64,000 nt of DNA from Octopus sinensis (taxonomy: Eukaryota). Below are positions 41,132-52,894 of this stretch, piece after piece. Under the pieces are notes generated by a model. It worked only from the letters and a program-made list of their open reading frames with translations. It was not told the DNA's origin and searched no databases. The stretch spans positions 5,952,001 through 6,016,000 of the forward strand of contig NC_043012.1 in NCBI RefSeq assembly GCF_006345805.1. Reading direction: 5' to 3'. A program made the position numbers and the translations under genes. Position 1 is the first letter of the stretch. Each line of letters opens with the position of its first letter.

Positions 41132-41305
41132 TACAAATAATCTATGTCCTTATGGATATCATCTTAAATTGATTCCTGGAATTCTATCTTATATTAACAC
41201 GAAGTTTAGAATGGTTTCTTTTTTATTTTTATTGCAGTATGTATTTATATGTGTTTATGTGTTTATATATATATAAAATAAAATACCTTTTTACTTCTGT
41301 TTCAG

Positions 41306-41519
41306 AAATTCAACAAAATCGGATTGGACACTTATTACTCAGGTCACACGATGAAATTTGGTCCTCCCCAAACAATTGTAGTCAATAAGGGAGCTTGTGG
41401 AAAAGGTCTGCGTTTCAGTATTGTCGGAGGGAAAGATACGCCTCGGGGAAAAATGGGTATCTACGTTCGGCGTATATTGCCTGATGGTTTGATAGCAGAA
41501 GATGGGAGACTACGGGAAG
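41306..41519 (+). CDS. PDZD2: PDZD2-like exon: first part of PDZ B ([72 protein letters not shown])
   Basis: Acceptor ctgtttcag, donor gaag|gtaagt; 214 nt, phase 0/1. [12 protein letters not shown]..G..GIYV resembles the IL16 PDZ1 / PDZD2 PDZ3 type domain. Confidence 0.93.
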
Positions 41520-42035
41520 GTAAGTCATATCAGTAGTAGTAGTAGTAGTTGTAGTAGTAGTTGTAGTTGTTCCAGATGAGCCCTAACTGAGCAGATTTAT
41601 GATCAAAGACATTGGTCATTCCATATTTTTATTCAGGTGTAATTAGTCCCGGAATACTTTACTTTGTGATCGTCCTTTGAATTAAGTGATATTTGGCTGC
41701 CATCTCTAACAGGTTGAGGTTCCTTGTAGAAGCTTGCTCATTGATTCGTTGTTGTTGCATGGTGTATGATGAATTTTAGGAAGACTCTCTCTCTCTCTCT
41801 CTCACCATACACACACACACTCTCATTCACTCACACACATGCACCCTTCTTTTCCGGTCCATCCATGCTGTATTGCACATTCGTCCATGTTGAATAGCTC
41901 CAGTGGCAACACAGTTTTCATAAGAGAAAAATGCTCCTAACCCCACGGCCAACCCTTCTCAGTTACTGGGGAAGGAAAAGCTGTTGAGTTATCTCCCTTG
42001 TCTATTCTCAGTACATCATAACTGATCTATATATA

Positions 42036-43004
42036 CGGGACTATTTCAAAAAGAATGAACCGATTTCATTTTGCAATATTTTAATAAGGAAAAGCAATAG
42101 AAAACTCCAGTTTTTACTAACAATCAATTTTTATTTCCTGTCTTACATGAGTTCAGTGTGGCCAGCAGCTGCAGTATGGGCAACATCAATGCATGATGAT
42201 CCACTGAGTTGATCACTGCTGTTATTCAATAATAATAATAAAACATTGTGTACAGTGCTCAGGTGCACTACAACTCATCTAAAGTGTATGTATAGTACAT
42301 AGGGTAATGTACAAGCGTCAGGAAAAGAACAGAGCATGAGTCATGACATACACATATGTGTATGAGTATGGAAGGGGGACAATCAGGTGTAGTTTCGGCG
42401 GATTTCGGAAAGCATGAGGGCCTTAAAAGATGCAGTGTCATGGCAGTCAACAACTGACGCAGGCAGTTTGTTCCATGCTTCAGCAACTCTGAGCGTGAAA
42501 AAATGTTTCCGAAAGTCATGGGAGCTGTGCTGTTTTCTGACTTTGTAGGCATGTCCACGTGTGTTGGACACATGGAGATCAAAAAGGTGTTCAGTGTTGT
42601 TGTTGGTGAGGTGGTTGATAACTTTGTGGGTGTTTACCAAGTCCATCGCCAGACGCCGGAGCTTCAGTGAATCCATGCCCAGGGAAACAAGGCGCTCAGA
42701 GTATCGAGGTTAGTGGGTAGCGGTAGAACATAGACACAATCTTTTACAGATCCCCACAAAAAAAAAATCACACACATCGAATAATAGCAGCGATCAACTC
42801 AGTAGATTGTGACATGTTGATACGCATCTGGGAGGAATTCTCTAATCTCATTGATGCTGCTCGTTCTGTAGGTGGTGACCACATTGAACACTTGTGAGAC
42901 AGGAAATAAAAGTTGATTGTGAGTAAATACTTGTGACCTAGCTGGAGTTTTCCTGATTAAAATATTATGTAATGAAATTGGTTCATTCTTCTTGAATAAC
43001 CCTG
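42036..43004. mobile_element. Non-autonomous Tc1/mariner derivative made of two inverted right ends, with the CR1 in the middle
   Basis: TA|CGGGACTATT..42230 and 42779..AATAACCCTG|TA are diverged inverted arms; the right arm encodes INSVDCDMLIRIWEEFSNLIDAARSVGGDHIEHL*, a Tc1-like transposase C-terminus. Confidence 0.75.
42232..42704 (-). mobile_element. CR1-clade LINE 3' fragment (family 2), young
   Basis: ORF 42383..42676: DSLKLRRL..NTRGHAYKVRKQHSSHDFRKHFFTLRVAEAWNKLPASVV; (ATT)n tail. Confidence 0.9.
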
Positions 43005-43022
43005 TATGTATGTATGTATGTA

Positions 43023-43076
<54 letters not shown>

Positions 43077-43528
43077 CATACACTACACACACACACACAC
43101 ACTCATGTCTATAATTTACTTTTACAATTAAAAAGTTCAGAAAAAAAATAGAAAATAAGGATAATTCAGAAAAGTTTATTGGTAAACAGTTTTTTTTTAG
43201 ACTGATCAGAACACATCTAGATAACAAATTGTGAGATAATTTATAAACACCCACTGTATGTGTGTGTGTGTGTATATGAAAGAGAGAGAGACTGGAACTC
43301 TGGGACTTTATTCGCTAATTCTGGATGAAGAGCCAAGGTGACTTTGACAGGGTTTGAATGCAGAGAGCCAAATCAAATACTGAAAGGCATCTTATCAAAC
43401 GATCTATTGACTCTGCTTCCTTCTTATAAACACTCACACACACCACTTTGCTAATTTCATTTCTCTGCCCCCCCCCCCACCTCCTCCTCTTTCACATTTA
43501 ACCTTCTTTTCTTTTCTCTCTTTATCAG

Positions 43529-43664
43529 GTGATGAAATTCTTGAATTGAATGGAGAATCCTTGAAAGGTCTTTCACATCACGATGCTATTGCGAAATTTC
43601 GGCAACTTGGAAAAGGCCCAGTTAGCATAACTTTTCGATGTAGAATTTTTACTCCGTCCAGCAG
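43529..43664 (+). CDS. PDZD2: PDZD2-like exon: second part of PDZ B ([44 protein letters not shown])
   Basis: Acceptor ctctttatcag, donor cag|gtaagt; phase 1/2. [19 protein letters not shown] matches the IL16/PDZD2 type PDZ. Confidence 0.93.
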
Positions 43665-44555
43665 GTAAGTTATCAATGGATTGAAATTTGGCATCGCATC
43701 AAGGAACAAGTGGTATTTTTATTGTATGGAATATTTTTTTATTTGTAATATTTTTTCTTGAGTGTGGAATTTTTTTTTGGGGAAATGTAGAATAAGCACT
43801 TAAAAGTATTTAACTACAAATATATCTGATAGTTATTTTGTTGGTTTTTATGGTCATCCAGCTAAGTTAGGGAACATAAAGAAACATAACACAAGTCCAA
43901 GTTTTAGATCAGTATAAACACGTACAAACATGCATTTGCACACGTACATCATGGACACACATTAACAAGTGCACACACACACTCTCATACTTGCACATGC
44001 ATACACTCACGCAAACACACACACACACTCTCACCATGTACGCACACACACTCATGCACTCAAAGACACACCCTTGACTGACTTCCACACAGTTCCCATA
44101 TATCAAATGACACTTGTCCTGAGGCTATAATTGAAGACTCTTATTTAAGATACCATGTTGTCTCATAAAACTACATAATTTCAAAATGAACTTCTTGAAT
44201 GCACAGCCTTTGCCTGCACTTCATCATCAACGTTTAACATCTGCCTTCCATGCTTGCATTGGTTGACAGGAGCTGACCAGGCAAGGTTTTTATGGCTGGA
44301 TGCCCTTCATAACACCAACCACCCTGTAGAGTGGATGGAGTGCTTTTTACATGGCACCAGCACAGGCGAGGCCATTTTGGCATAACTTTTATAACTTTTA
44401 CAGCTGGGTGCCCTTCCAAATGTCGACCACTTTACAGTGTGAACTGGATGCTTTTTAAGTATATATATATATATATTGTTCTTTGTTTTGTCTTTTTTTT
44501 GTTTCCTCACCGACATTGTTTTTCTCTAAATTTGTTTATCATTGTCTCTTTGTAG

Positions 44556-44938
44556 CTCTGGGGGTAAAACTCCTACAGGTTCGCCATATGAGTCGCCAGA
44601 AGGTAGCCCTGTATCTACGCCAAGGCACACGCCTCAAAACAGCGTCACTGATCTGGCGTCCAATGGCCAGTCATCACCTATCACTACCCCACTGTCTGCT
44701 GGCTGTCGCACCACCTGTTACTCGGGGACAGCGAGTGTTGACCGGAAACACTTGTTGCAGCCCCGTTGCAGTTTACCTCCTGCGTCGTCGTCCTCTACTT
44801 CATCGACGTCATCTCTGCGAGGGATACCCATTGGGGCCCCTCATCAGCGAATCATCGATGAGTCACAGTTCAATAACAGTCCTCTTGGCACACCACATTT
44901 TCCCCTTTCAAATATATTAGAGGTGGTTCTCAAAAAAC
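44556..44938 (+). CDS. PDZD2: PDZD2-like exon: Ser/Pro/Thr-rich linker ending at the start of PDZ C (SGGKTPTGSPYESPEGSPVSTP...NILEVVLKK)
   Basis: Acceptor ctctttgtag, donor aaac|gtaagc; 383 nt, phase 2/1, open frame within ORF 44542..45141. Confidence 0.88.
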
Positions 44939-45164
44939 GTAAGCCATCTCTGTTACTTATTTCTCTGCATGTCCATCAGTTTGTTTCTCTGACTCTGATC
45001 TGTTTGTTTTTTTTGTTTTTTTTTTTTACATCTTTTTCTTCAAGCTGGATTGGAATTGTTGATGCTGTCCCAACACAACATTCATCATTTCTTGTAGTGA
45101 TTTGGCAGCTCTTTCATGAGGTCTTCTGTCCTGAGAGTTGATCTCACAACATCTCCTCATGCAG

Positions 45165-45300
45165 TTCTATATTTAAGAGATGAGGAATTATGTACATTAT
45201 TTACATTTGACGGATATTTGTCCTCATCTTGTTTGTTGTTAACACACCGTTTCGGCTGATATACCCTCTAGCCTTCATCGGGTGTCTTGGGGAAATTTCA
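45165..45300 (-). mobile_element. 3' part of the hammerhead-tailed repeat
   Basis: atttaagagatgaggaattatgtacattatttacatttgacggatatttgtcctcatc..tttcggctgatataccctctagccttcatcgggtgtc. Confidence 0.75.
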
Positions 45301-45589
45301 CTTGCTTCGATTTTACTTGCCTCAACAGGTCTTCGCAAGCAAATGTTAACAACAAAATCTTATGTGGATTCCTAAAGCTTGTGTGGACCCCACTTGAGAA
45401 CCACTGTTGCTGGATCTGAAGTGATCAATTCTGTTGATGAAATGCTTTCAATGCTGCTGACTGTTACCATTTTATTTAATATTGATCATCCAAAAAGAAT
45501 TAAAGTCAAAATCATTCTCAATGAGATTTGAACTCAGAAAGCAAAAATATATTATAAATACCACAAGGCATTTTACCCTGTGCTGTACT

Positions 45590-45910
45590 ACTATTGGTTT
45601 CAAACTTTGACACGAGGTCAGTAATTTCAAGGGAGATGGTAAGTCAGTTACACCCATTCCGAAGGGATGAAAGGCAAAGTCAACCCCAGTAGCATTTGAA
45701 CTCAGAATGTAAGGAAGGACAAAATCCTGCTAGACACTTGGCCCAGTTTGCTGATTCTGTCAGCTTGCTGCCTTGCTGTACTAATATTGGTTTCAGATTT
45801 TTGGAACAAAGCCATCAGTTTTGGGGAAGTGGGTAAGTTGATTACATCAACCCCAGTACTCAACTGGTACTTATTTTATTGAACAGGCAGATGGTGGAAT
45901 TTGAATTCTG
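45590..45910 (-). mobile_element. SINE family A copies
   Basis: Same core, diverged. Confidence 0.7.
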
Positions 45911-46013
45911 AATAATATATTTTATAAATTGAATTTTTTTTCATTAATTTCTGCTTCTCAATTTTGTTAATTTAATGTTCCATTTCTAACTATTTTGTTT
46001 TTTTTTCCTTCAG

Positions 46014-46128
46014 AACCTGACAAAAGTTTAGGAATTATTATAGTACGTAGCTCAATAAATGGTACCGATTGGTTCCTTGTTAGTGATGTTGCTAAAGGAA
46101 CTCCAGCTTACAATGACGGACGACTACG
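46014..46128 (+). CDS. PDZD2: PDZD2-like exon: first part of PDZ C (Q-PDKSLGIIIVRSSINGTDWFLVSDVAKGTPAYNDGRL-R)
   Basis: Acceptor tttttccttcag, donor cg|gtaagt; phase 1/2; SLGI loop, G.PA..DGRL. Confidence 0.9.
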
Positions 46129-47309
46129 GTAAGTTCTTTGAATTTCTTTGTTGTTGTGGTGGTGGTGACTGTTTTGTGGCCATGACAACAGTTCTCTGAC
46201 AGCAATTCTGGAATTGTTTCCTATTCTCTAGAATTTTGTAAATAGGTGTTTGGGTGTGTGTGTGTGTGTGTGGTAAGAAGTTTACTTCCCAAGCACATGG
46301 TCTCAGGTTTAGTCCCACTGCATGACATCCTGTGCTAATGTCTTCCACTATAGCATCAGGCTGACTGAACTCTTGTCCATGGATTTGGTAGATAAAGACT
46401 AAAAGAAACCTGTTGTATATATGTGTGTTTATGTGTTCATTACTGTTTCCCTGCCATGACATTCTGTGGTAGCTGTAGGCAAGTGTCACTGACATACAAG
46501 CATTTTCCTCTATTTTCAGTCTTACACAAAAACATGTCTGGTTATGGGGAAATATTATCTTACTTGGAAACGGGTGAGGGTTGGTGACAGGAAGGGCATC
46601 CAGCCATAGAATCTCTGCCTCAGCAAATTCCATCTAACCCATGCCAGTATGCAAAAGTGGACTTTAAATTGATGATGATGGTAATTCCTCTTTTCGCCAA
46701 ATGATTCTATTTACACACCAGATCCACAGAATGGAGACTGTTCTCAAAATTTGCTTGTTTAACTTTCAAAAGTCCGAGGAATATGAAATTTGAGTCGATG
46801 AATCTTGAGGGCTGCTTGTAGACACACAGAAAACTCATTTTATTTTTCAAATGCAAAACATGTGAAGACAAAAAAAAAATTCAGATATGAATTCTGATTG
46901 CCTGAATTATAATCATGTCTTATTAAGCAGTTCCAACAGTGATTATAATGGTATAGCACAGAATCTTTTGGTAATAAGTTAAAGTTAGTGTTATGCTGGA
47001 TGGGTAACACCACACCCAGCAGACTTTGATAATATGTCACCACATTTAGTATAAAATATGATAAGGTCTCATAAGATCCAATAGACAATGTGATATTGTT
47101 AACAGATCTATCCTGCAAACCATCTGTTTTTCATCTGGCATCTACTTTCTGTCCAACCATCTGCCTGATCATTTGCTTATTCATCTGATTGTCCGACTTT
47201 CTGTCCAACCATCTATGTAACTGTGGATTTGCCCTATTATCTTCCAGCATAGCTTTCTATTTATCCAGCGATGTCTGTCTGATTACCTATATGTCCATCT
47301 ATGTTGCTC

Positions 47310-47790
47310 AGAACATTGACCCCTATCTTGCTCAGAACATTGACCTCCTGGAATCTGTCCAGAGACGTGCAACCAAACGCATACCCTCCATCAGACACCT
47401 ACCATACTCTGAGCGCCTTGTTTCCCTGGGCATGGATTCACTGAAGCTCCGGCGTCTGGCCACGGACTTGGTAAACACCCACAAAGTTATCAACCACCTC
47501 ACCAACAACAACACTGAACACCTTTTTGATCTCCATGTGTCCTAACACACGTGGACATGCCTACAAAGTCAGAAAACAACACAGCTCCCATGACTTTCGG
47601 AAACATTTTTTCACGCTCAGAGTTGCTGAAGCATGGAACAAACTGCCTGCGTCAGTTGTTGACTGCCATGACACTGCATCCTTTAAGGCCCTCATGCTTT
47701 CCGAAATCCGCCGAAACTACACCTGATTATATATACACTTTAGATGAGTTGTAGTGCACCTGAGCACTACACAATTATTATTATTATTAT
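47310..47790 (+). mobile_element. CR1-clade LINE 3' fragment (family 2), inverted relative to 42232-42704
   Basis: DLLESVQRRATKRIPSIRHLPYSERLVSLGMDSLKLRR..; 1-bp frameshift; (ATT)n tail. Confidence 0.9.
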
Positions 47791-47941
47791 TATTATTATG
47801 TTCCTGCTTACAAATTCTACCTGTCTGTCTCTTTAATAATATATTGACCTATTTATCTGACTTCTGCCTGTCTGACTATCAACATCCATGCACTTGTCTA
47901 TTGCCTTTCTAGTAATCTATTCATTTGTTTCTGTTTTTCAG

Positions 47942-48074
47942 CAAGGGGGATATCCTACTGGAAATTAATAATAAAAGCACAGCTGGTTTAAATTTACTTG
48001 ATGTTCATCAGTTATTACAAAAAGATCGTTCAGGAAATGTATCTATTGTTGTACAGAGAAAGCCAAATTATGTG
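47942..48074 (+). CDS. PDZD2: PDZD2-like exon: second part of PDZ C (KGDILLEINNKSTAGLNLLDVHQLLQKDRSGNVSIVVQRKPNYV)
   Basis: Acceptor ctgtttttcag, donor gtg|gtaaga; phase 2/0; GD.LLEIN PDZ motif. Confidence 0.9.
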
Positions 48075-48469
48075 GTAAGAATCTCTCTCTCTCCTCTCTC
48101 TCTCTCTCTCGTATTGCTACAATGGGTCCTGTCCCTGCAGCCATTAATTCAACCACATCATCATTGATTTGTATGTAGCATTATCTCCATTGTCTGGCAT
48201 TTAGGCCTTTCACCTGAGAATAACCCATGTGTTGTGGTTTCTTCTCACTTCTGTCGGGTACAGATACCCTGCAAAAGGTCAAGGTTGCTACCCTTCTTGT
48301 ACTTAACTCTTTAGCATTTAAACCAGCCATATCCAGCCTCTTACACCTATCCTGCAGTGCCATTCTAAAAATAACCAATCACATCATTGAAATGTCAAAG
48401 CTGCAACATAATGCAGAATCAACTTGAAAAAATGTGAATAAATAAGGATTACGTTAGACAAAGTAATCA

Positions 48470-49000
48470 TCATCATCATCATCGTTTAACGTCCGTTTTC
48501 CATGCTAGCATGGGTTGGACGGTTCGACTGGGGTCTGGGAAGCCAGGAGGTTGCACCAGGCTACAGTCTGATCTGGCAGTGTTTCTACAGCTGGATGCCC
48601 TTCCTAACGCCAACCACTCCATGAGTGTAGTGGGTGCTTTTTACGTGCCACCGGCACAGGTGCCAGGGTAGTCTGGCATCGGCCACGTTTGGATGGTGCT
48701 CTTTATGTGCCACCGGCACAGAAGCCAGTCAAGGCGGCGCTGGCATTGGCCACGTTCGGATGGTGCTTTTTACGTGCTACCAGCACAGAAGCCAGTCAAG
48801 GCGGCGCTGGCATCGGTCACGTTCGGATGGTGCTTTTTACGTGCCACCGGTACAGGTATCACAACTACTATTTCCATTTGATATTTATTTCGATGTTCAT
48901 GTACTTGACTCAATAAGTCTCCTCAAGCACAGCAGTTTGTTCTGAAATCCAAGGTACTTTGAATGGGCTGGGGCTATGCGGAACTGCAGGGTTCAGCCAT
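48470..49000 (-). mobile_element. RTE-tailed non-autonomous element (other copies ~18510-18900, 19430-19775, 20450-20705, 39105-39390, 44220-44460)
   Basis: (CAT)n-gtttaacgtccgttttccatgc..ctggatgcccttcctaacgccaacc with short internal tandem units. Confidence 0.8.
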
Positions 49001-49333
49001 CAAAATATAAACTTGTGCAATACGTTGGACCATTTATTGTTTTGAGTTTACAAATTATGCATTTCTTCAAAATGGTTATTTTCATTTCTCTGTATACTTC
49101 TGTGAGTGATACATTTAATCACAGCACCTGGTTTAGCACCATCAGCACCACCTCTTTGGATCCCTTTAGTGGAGTTCATTTTCTTGCAAGCATTCAGACC
49201 ACTTTCTCTCATTCCCTTCCTGTAAACATGTCCCTTCTGGGCATCAACAGTCTCACCAAGGGTCAGCAGGAACTGTAGAAATCATGAGAACCTCCTCTTT
49301 TAAACAATGTAGGTATGAATGAGCACAGTTTAA

Positions 49334-49550
49334 CTCTTTAGCAATTGAACCAGCCATACCTGGTCCAAGTATTCTGTTTTGCGTTCAAAACTGGCTAGAT
49401 CTGGCCTTTCACACCTATCCTACAACATTAATCTAAAAATGAACAATCACATAACTGAAATTTCAAAGCCATGAGGTAATTCAAGATTAATTCAAACCAA
49501 TGTGAATAAATAAGCATTGCATTTGATTGAGTAATCTGAATGCTAAAGGA
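49334..49550. mobile_element. piggyBac-like MITE (second family; partial copies at ~13595-13785, 14335-14535, 19120-19335, 48300-48460)
   Basis: TTAA|CTCTTTAGCA ... TGCTAAAGGA|TTAA; shared body ctggc..tctcacacctaccctacaatgtcattctaaaa..aacaatcacat. Confidence 0.7.
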
Positions 49551-50409
49551 TTAAGTCACTTTTATGTACTACATGCTTAATACAACTTCATGTATGAAGC
49601 TTTAAGGTAACACTGGTCATGTTTTCTAGCTGCTCACTCATTCATCTCAGTCGTTATAGCCTTTCGTTAAGTGCTATGCTTTGGAGAAAAATAATTAGGG
49701 TTTCAAAAAAGGGACGTGGACCAAGAACATGTATATGTGCATGTATACAGGTATGGGTCACTGGCTAAGAAGTTTGGATTCTTCATTTTAGAGGCTGGTG
49801 GTCAACAAAAAGTACCGAGATCGTTAGTGTTGATGACACACTCCTCCCAAACACACTAAATTTGTGTTCCGATGCTGAAGTTGGAAAACGTTTTAATTAT
49901 TGTAAACAAACTTACAAGTCCTGTGTGTGTTGGTAGTCTATAAAAAATAAAGGAATTCATGAAGGCTGTGAAGACAACTTAGAGAATCGGGTGAAATACT
50001 CTTAAGACGGGGGAAAAGTGGCCATCAATCCTCCACGGGGAATTGAACCGTGCACCTCTCAAATTTCAGCTGAGTACTCTGAACCATTTTGGCTAAGAGA
50101 CTCCTGATGACTCCTGTCTTTTTATAATGCCAAATAATAGCTTTTGGAATGTGAGAACATTATAATTATTATTTCAGAATAGTCAATAATAGAATCAATA
50201 GAGTACTAAATGAAATACTTTGGTAGGATTTGAACTCAGAACTTAGGAGACGCTGAAATTATTTCAGCCTTCCAAGGGTTGATAGTACAAGTACCAGTCA
50301 AATATTCAGGTTTCATAAAATTGGCAGTCCCGCCCTCTTATTTTTCTTTTAACACCGTAATTACAGAAAGGATAACGACTAATTTTTTTTTTCTCTTTGT
50401 TTACTGCAG

Positions 50410-50574
50410 GCACCGACTGGAGAGATCCATTCGTCAAATGAGCCGGCACTAGTGTCCGGGTCTTCTACTGTAAAGGCTCACAGAGAATCGACACCGCACC
50501 GCCAGTTACGGCAATCAACTTCAGCCAGTGCCCTTCAAGAGAAAACACGTACCAAAGTTGGAACTTTTTTTTGA
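50410..50574 (+). CDS. PDZD2: PDZD2-like probable terminal coding exon (APTGEIHSSNEPALVSGSSTVKAHRESTPHRQLRQSTSASALQEKTRTKVGTFF*)
   Basis: Acceptor tttgtttactgcag, phase 0; 54 codons then TGA at 50572-50574; several AATAAA follow (about 50608-50673). An internal donor cannot be excluded. Confidence 0.7.
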   Translation, partial: APTGEIHSSNEPALVSGSSTVKAHRESTPHRQLRQSTSASALQEKTRTKVGTFF

Positions 50575-51075
50575 AATTTGACAATCATAGTGCAAAACTG
50601 GAAAACAAAATAAAATATATAAATAATAAACAGGGTCTCCATGGGAAGGGGGAGTAACCAAAAAGAAAATAAAGGGATGAAAAATTTATCTCCCTTGTCA
50701 GTCACATTTGTCACCCTTGTTAACTCCGATTACAACTACTGCAACACACACGTTACACAACACATTTGAATGTAAGACCACGTAGCAACAAATGCAACGC
50801 TGTAGTCACAGTAAACCAATTGCTACACTAGCAGCAACTGTCAGTCAGTACGTCACGGAAAAGCGGTCAGGAAGAAGTGGAGACAGAGAATACCGAATGG
50901 TCTGAAGACAAAGGAAGCAAAACAATGAAGAATCACTTATTGCACGCACCACACACACACACACACACACACACGTCTATGTATGTATGCACGTAAATCT
51001 CTCTCTCTCTCATATAGGTGTATGTGCATATGCATAAATATATGTATATGTGTGTATGTGGTGTGTGTGTGTATG

Positions 51076-51109
<34 letters not shown>

Positions 51110-51480
51110 TAGAGCTACATGTAAATATGTATGTGTGTATATGTATATATATATATATAAACATTACGTTATATAATTAGGGTTCAGTAAAATTATTTTA
51201 CTGAACCCTAATTATATAACATAATGTTTTAAATATACCGTAAATGGTCTTTTTACATACTGAACACTACTTGGTAAAATTAATTAATAATTAATTAATT
51301 TTGCCCTTTTATTATTGATAATATATATATATATATATATATACATACACACATATGCATATTGATGTATAAATATACATACATGTATTGATATGTATGT
51401 ATAGATATAAATATGCATAGTTACAAATGTGTGTATAGGAAAATTAATGTATCAAAGATCAGGAAGACCATATATATATG

Positions 51481-51512
<32 letters not shown>

Positions 51513-52894
51513 TATATATATGCCATTTTGTGTATGTGTGTTTAAATGTATGAATATTTATGTATATATAGAGTTTCAAATGAGCCATTTAAATTAATGT
51601 TATATCTTCATTTTATATCTGCTTCCATGCGGGCATGGGTTGGACAGTTCGACAGGATCTGACGACTCGAGATAACTATGTTGTGTTCCTGCGTCTCACT
51701 CCTGCATGGCTGGATACCATTCTTCCTAAGGCTAACCATTTTACAGAGTTTATCAGATGTTTTGTTCTGTTTTGTTCTGTTTGTTTTTTTTTATTGTGCA
51801 TGGCATCAGCAGAAGTGAGGCCATGTTGTAACTGGGGAAATTAACTAACTACAACACTGAAAGGAGAAATGCGAGAAAGAGCAATAATTTTAGGCGAGGT
51901 GATGAAAGATTGGAATATAATGAGAGGAACGATTTTAAGAGAGAAAGGACCAGGCAGAAGGTTGATAGAACAGGTTGTGTAGAGGGGGGAGAGAAGGGAC
52001 AGGATGGAAGGTTAAAAAATAAAGGTGATCTAGTTCTATCGCATACTAAAGGGAGAAATATAGGTGCAAGGTGTAGGAATTGGCATGAAATACTGGAAGA
52101 TAGATGAGGATCTAGAGAAGGTAAGGGAGAAGAAACGTATCAGGTTAAGAGAAAAGTGGTTGGGGGGGGGTGCAGTAGGGGCAGAGAGGGAAAAAATGTT
52201 GAGATGGCAAAGCTATCAAGACAATGTTGAAAGGGCATACATATCTGTACACACGTGTGTTTATGTATATATGTGTGTATATATCTATGAATGTTTTTAT
52301 GTGAAGTTATATTAAAAAACAAATCAACAAGCTGAAGGATCACTGAATACTTTTTAGTTTAGTACAATTTATATTTTAAGAAAGATAAGGTTGACTGATA
52401 CCAAAGTTTCAGCTTATAGGCTGTCATCAGGCAGTGGTTTACTTTTGTCTTTTGGGTTTTTTCATCATTTTGTTTTGGCATGGTGTTCCCTCGATAGATG
52501 GAGTAATGTAAATGGAAATGATGTTGAAAGGTGGTAAATGGATAAGGTCAGAAGGTACATATATGCAGGGTGAGGGATAGTGGAGAGAGTTTTTCTAGTT
52601 TGATAGATAAATTTATTGTTTGGGTACAATCAGGCATGTATGTAAAGGACTAAAGATTTAAAGAGGTTTGTGTGGTAGATGTGTCATATTCAGGCCTTCA
52701 AGTCACAATTTGGATTGGTTCAAGTCTTTATTATGACTAATCAAGACACTTACCTAAACCATAGTATTGTGCTATTTTAGAGTTAATAAAACAAAGTTTA
52801 TAATCTCTTTTCAACTTGACACAGATGGTAGGTCAGTATTGGTGTTAGAAACCTTCATTTGGCTTTTTAAAGAAAAAGTTAGATTGATATAGAC

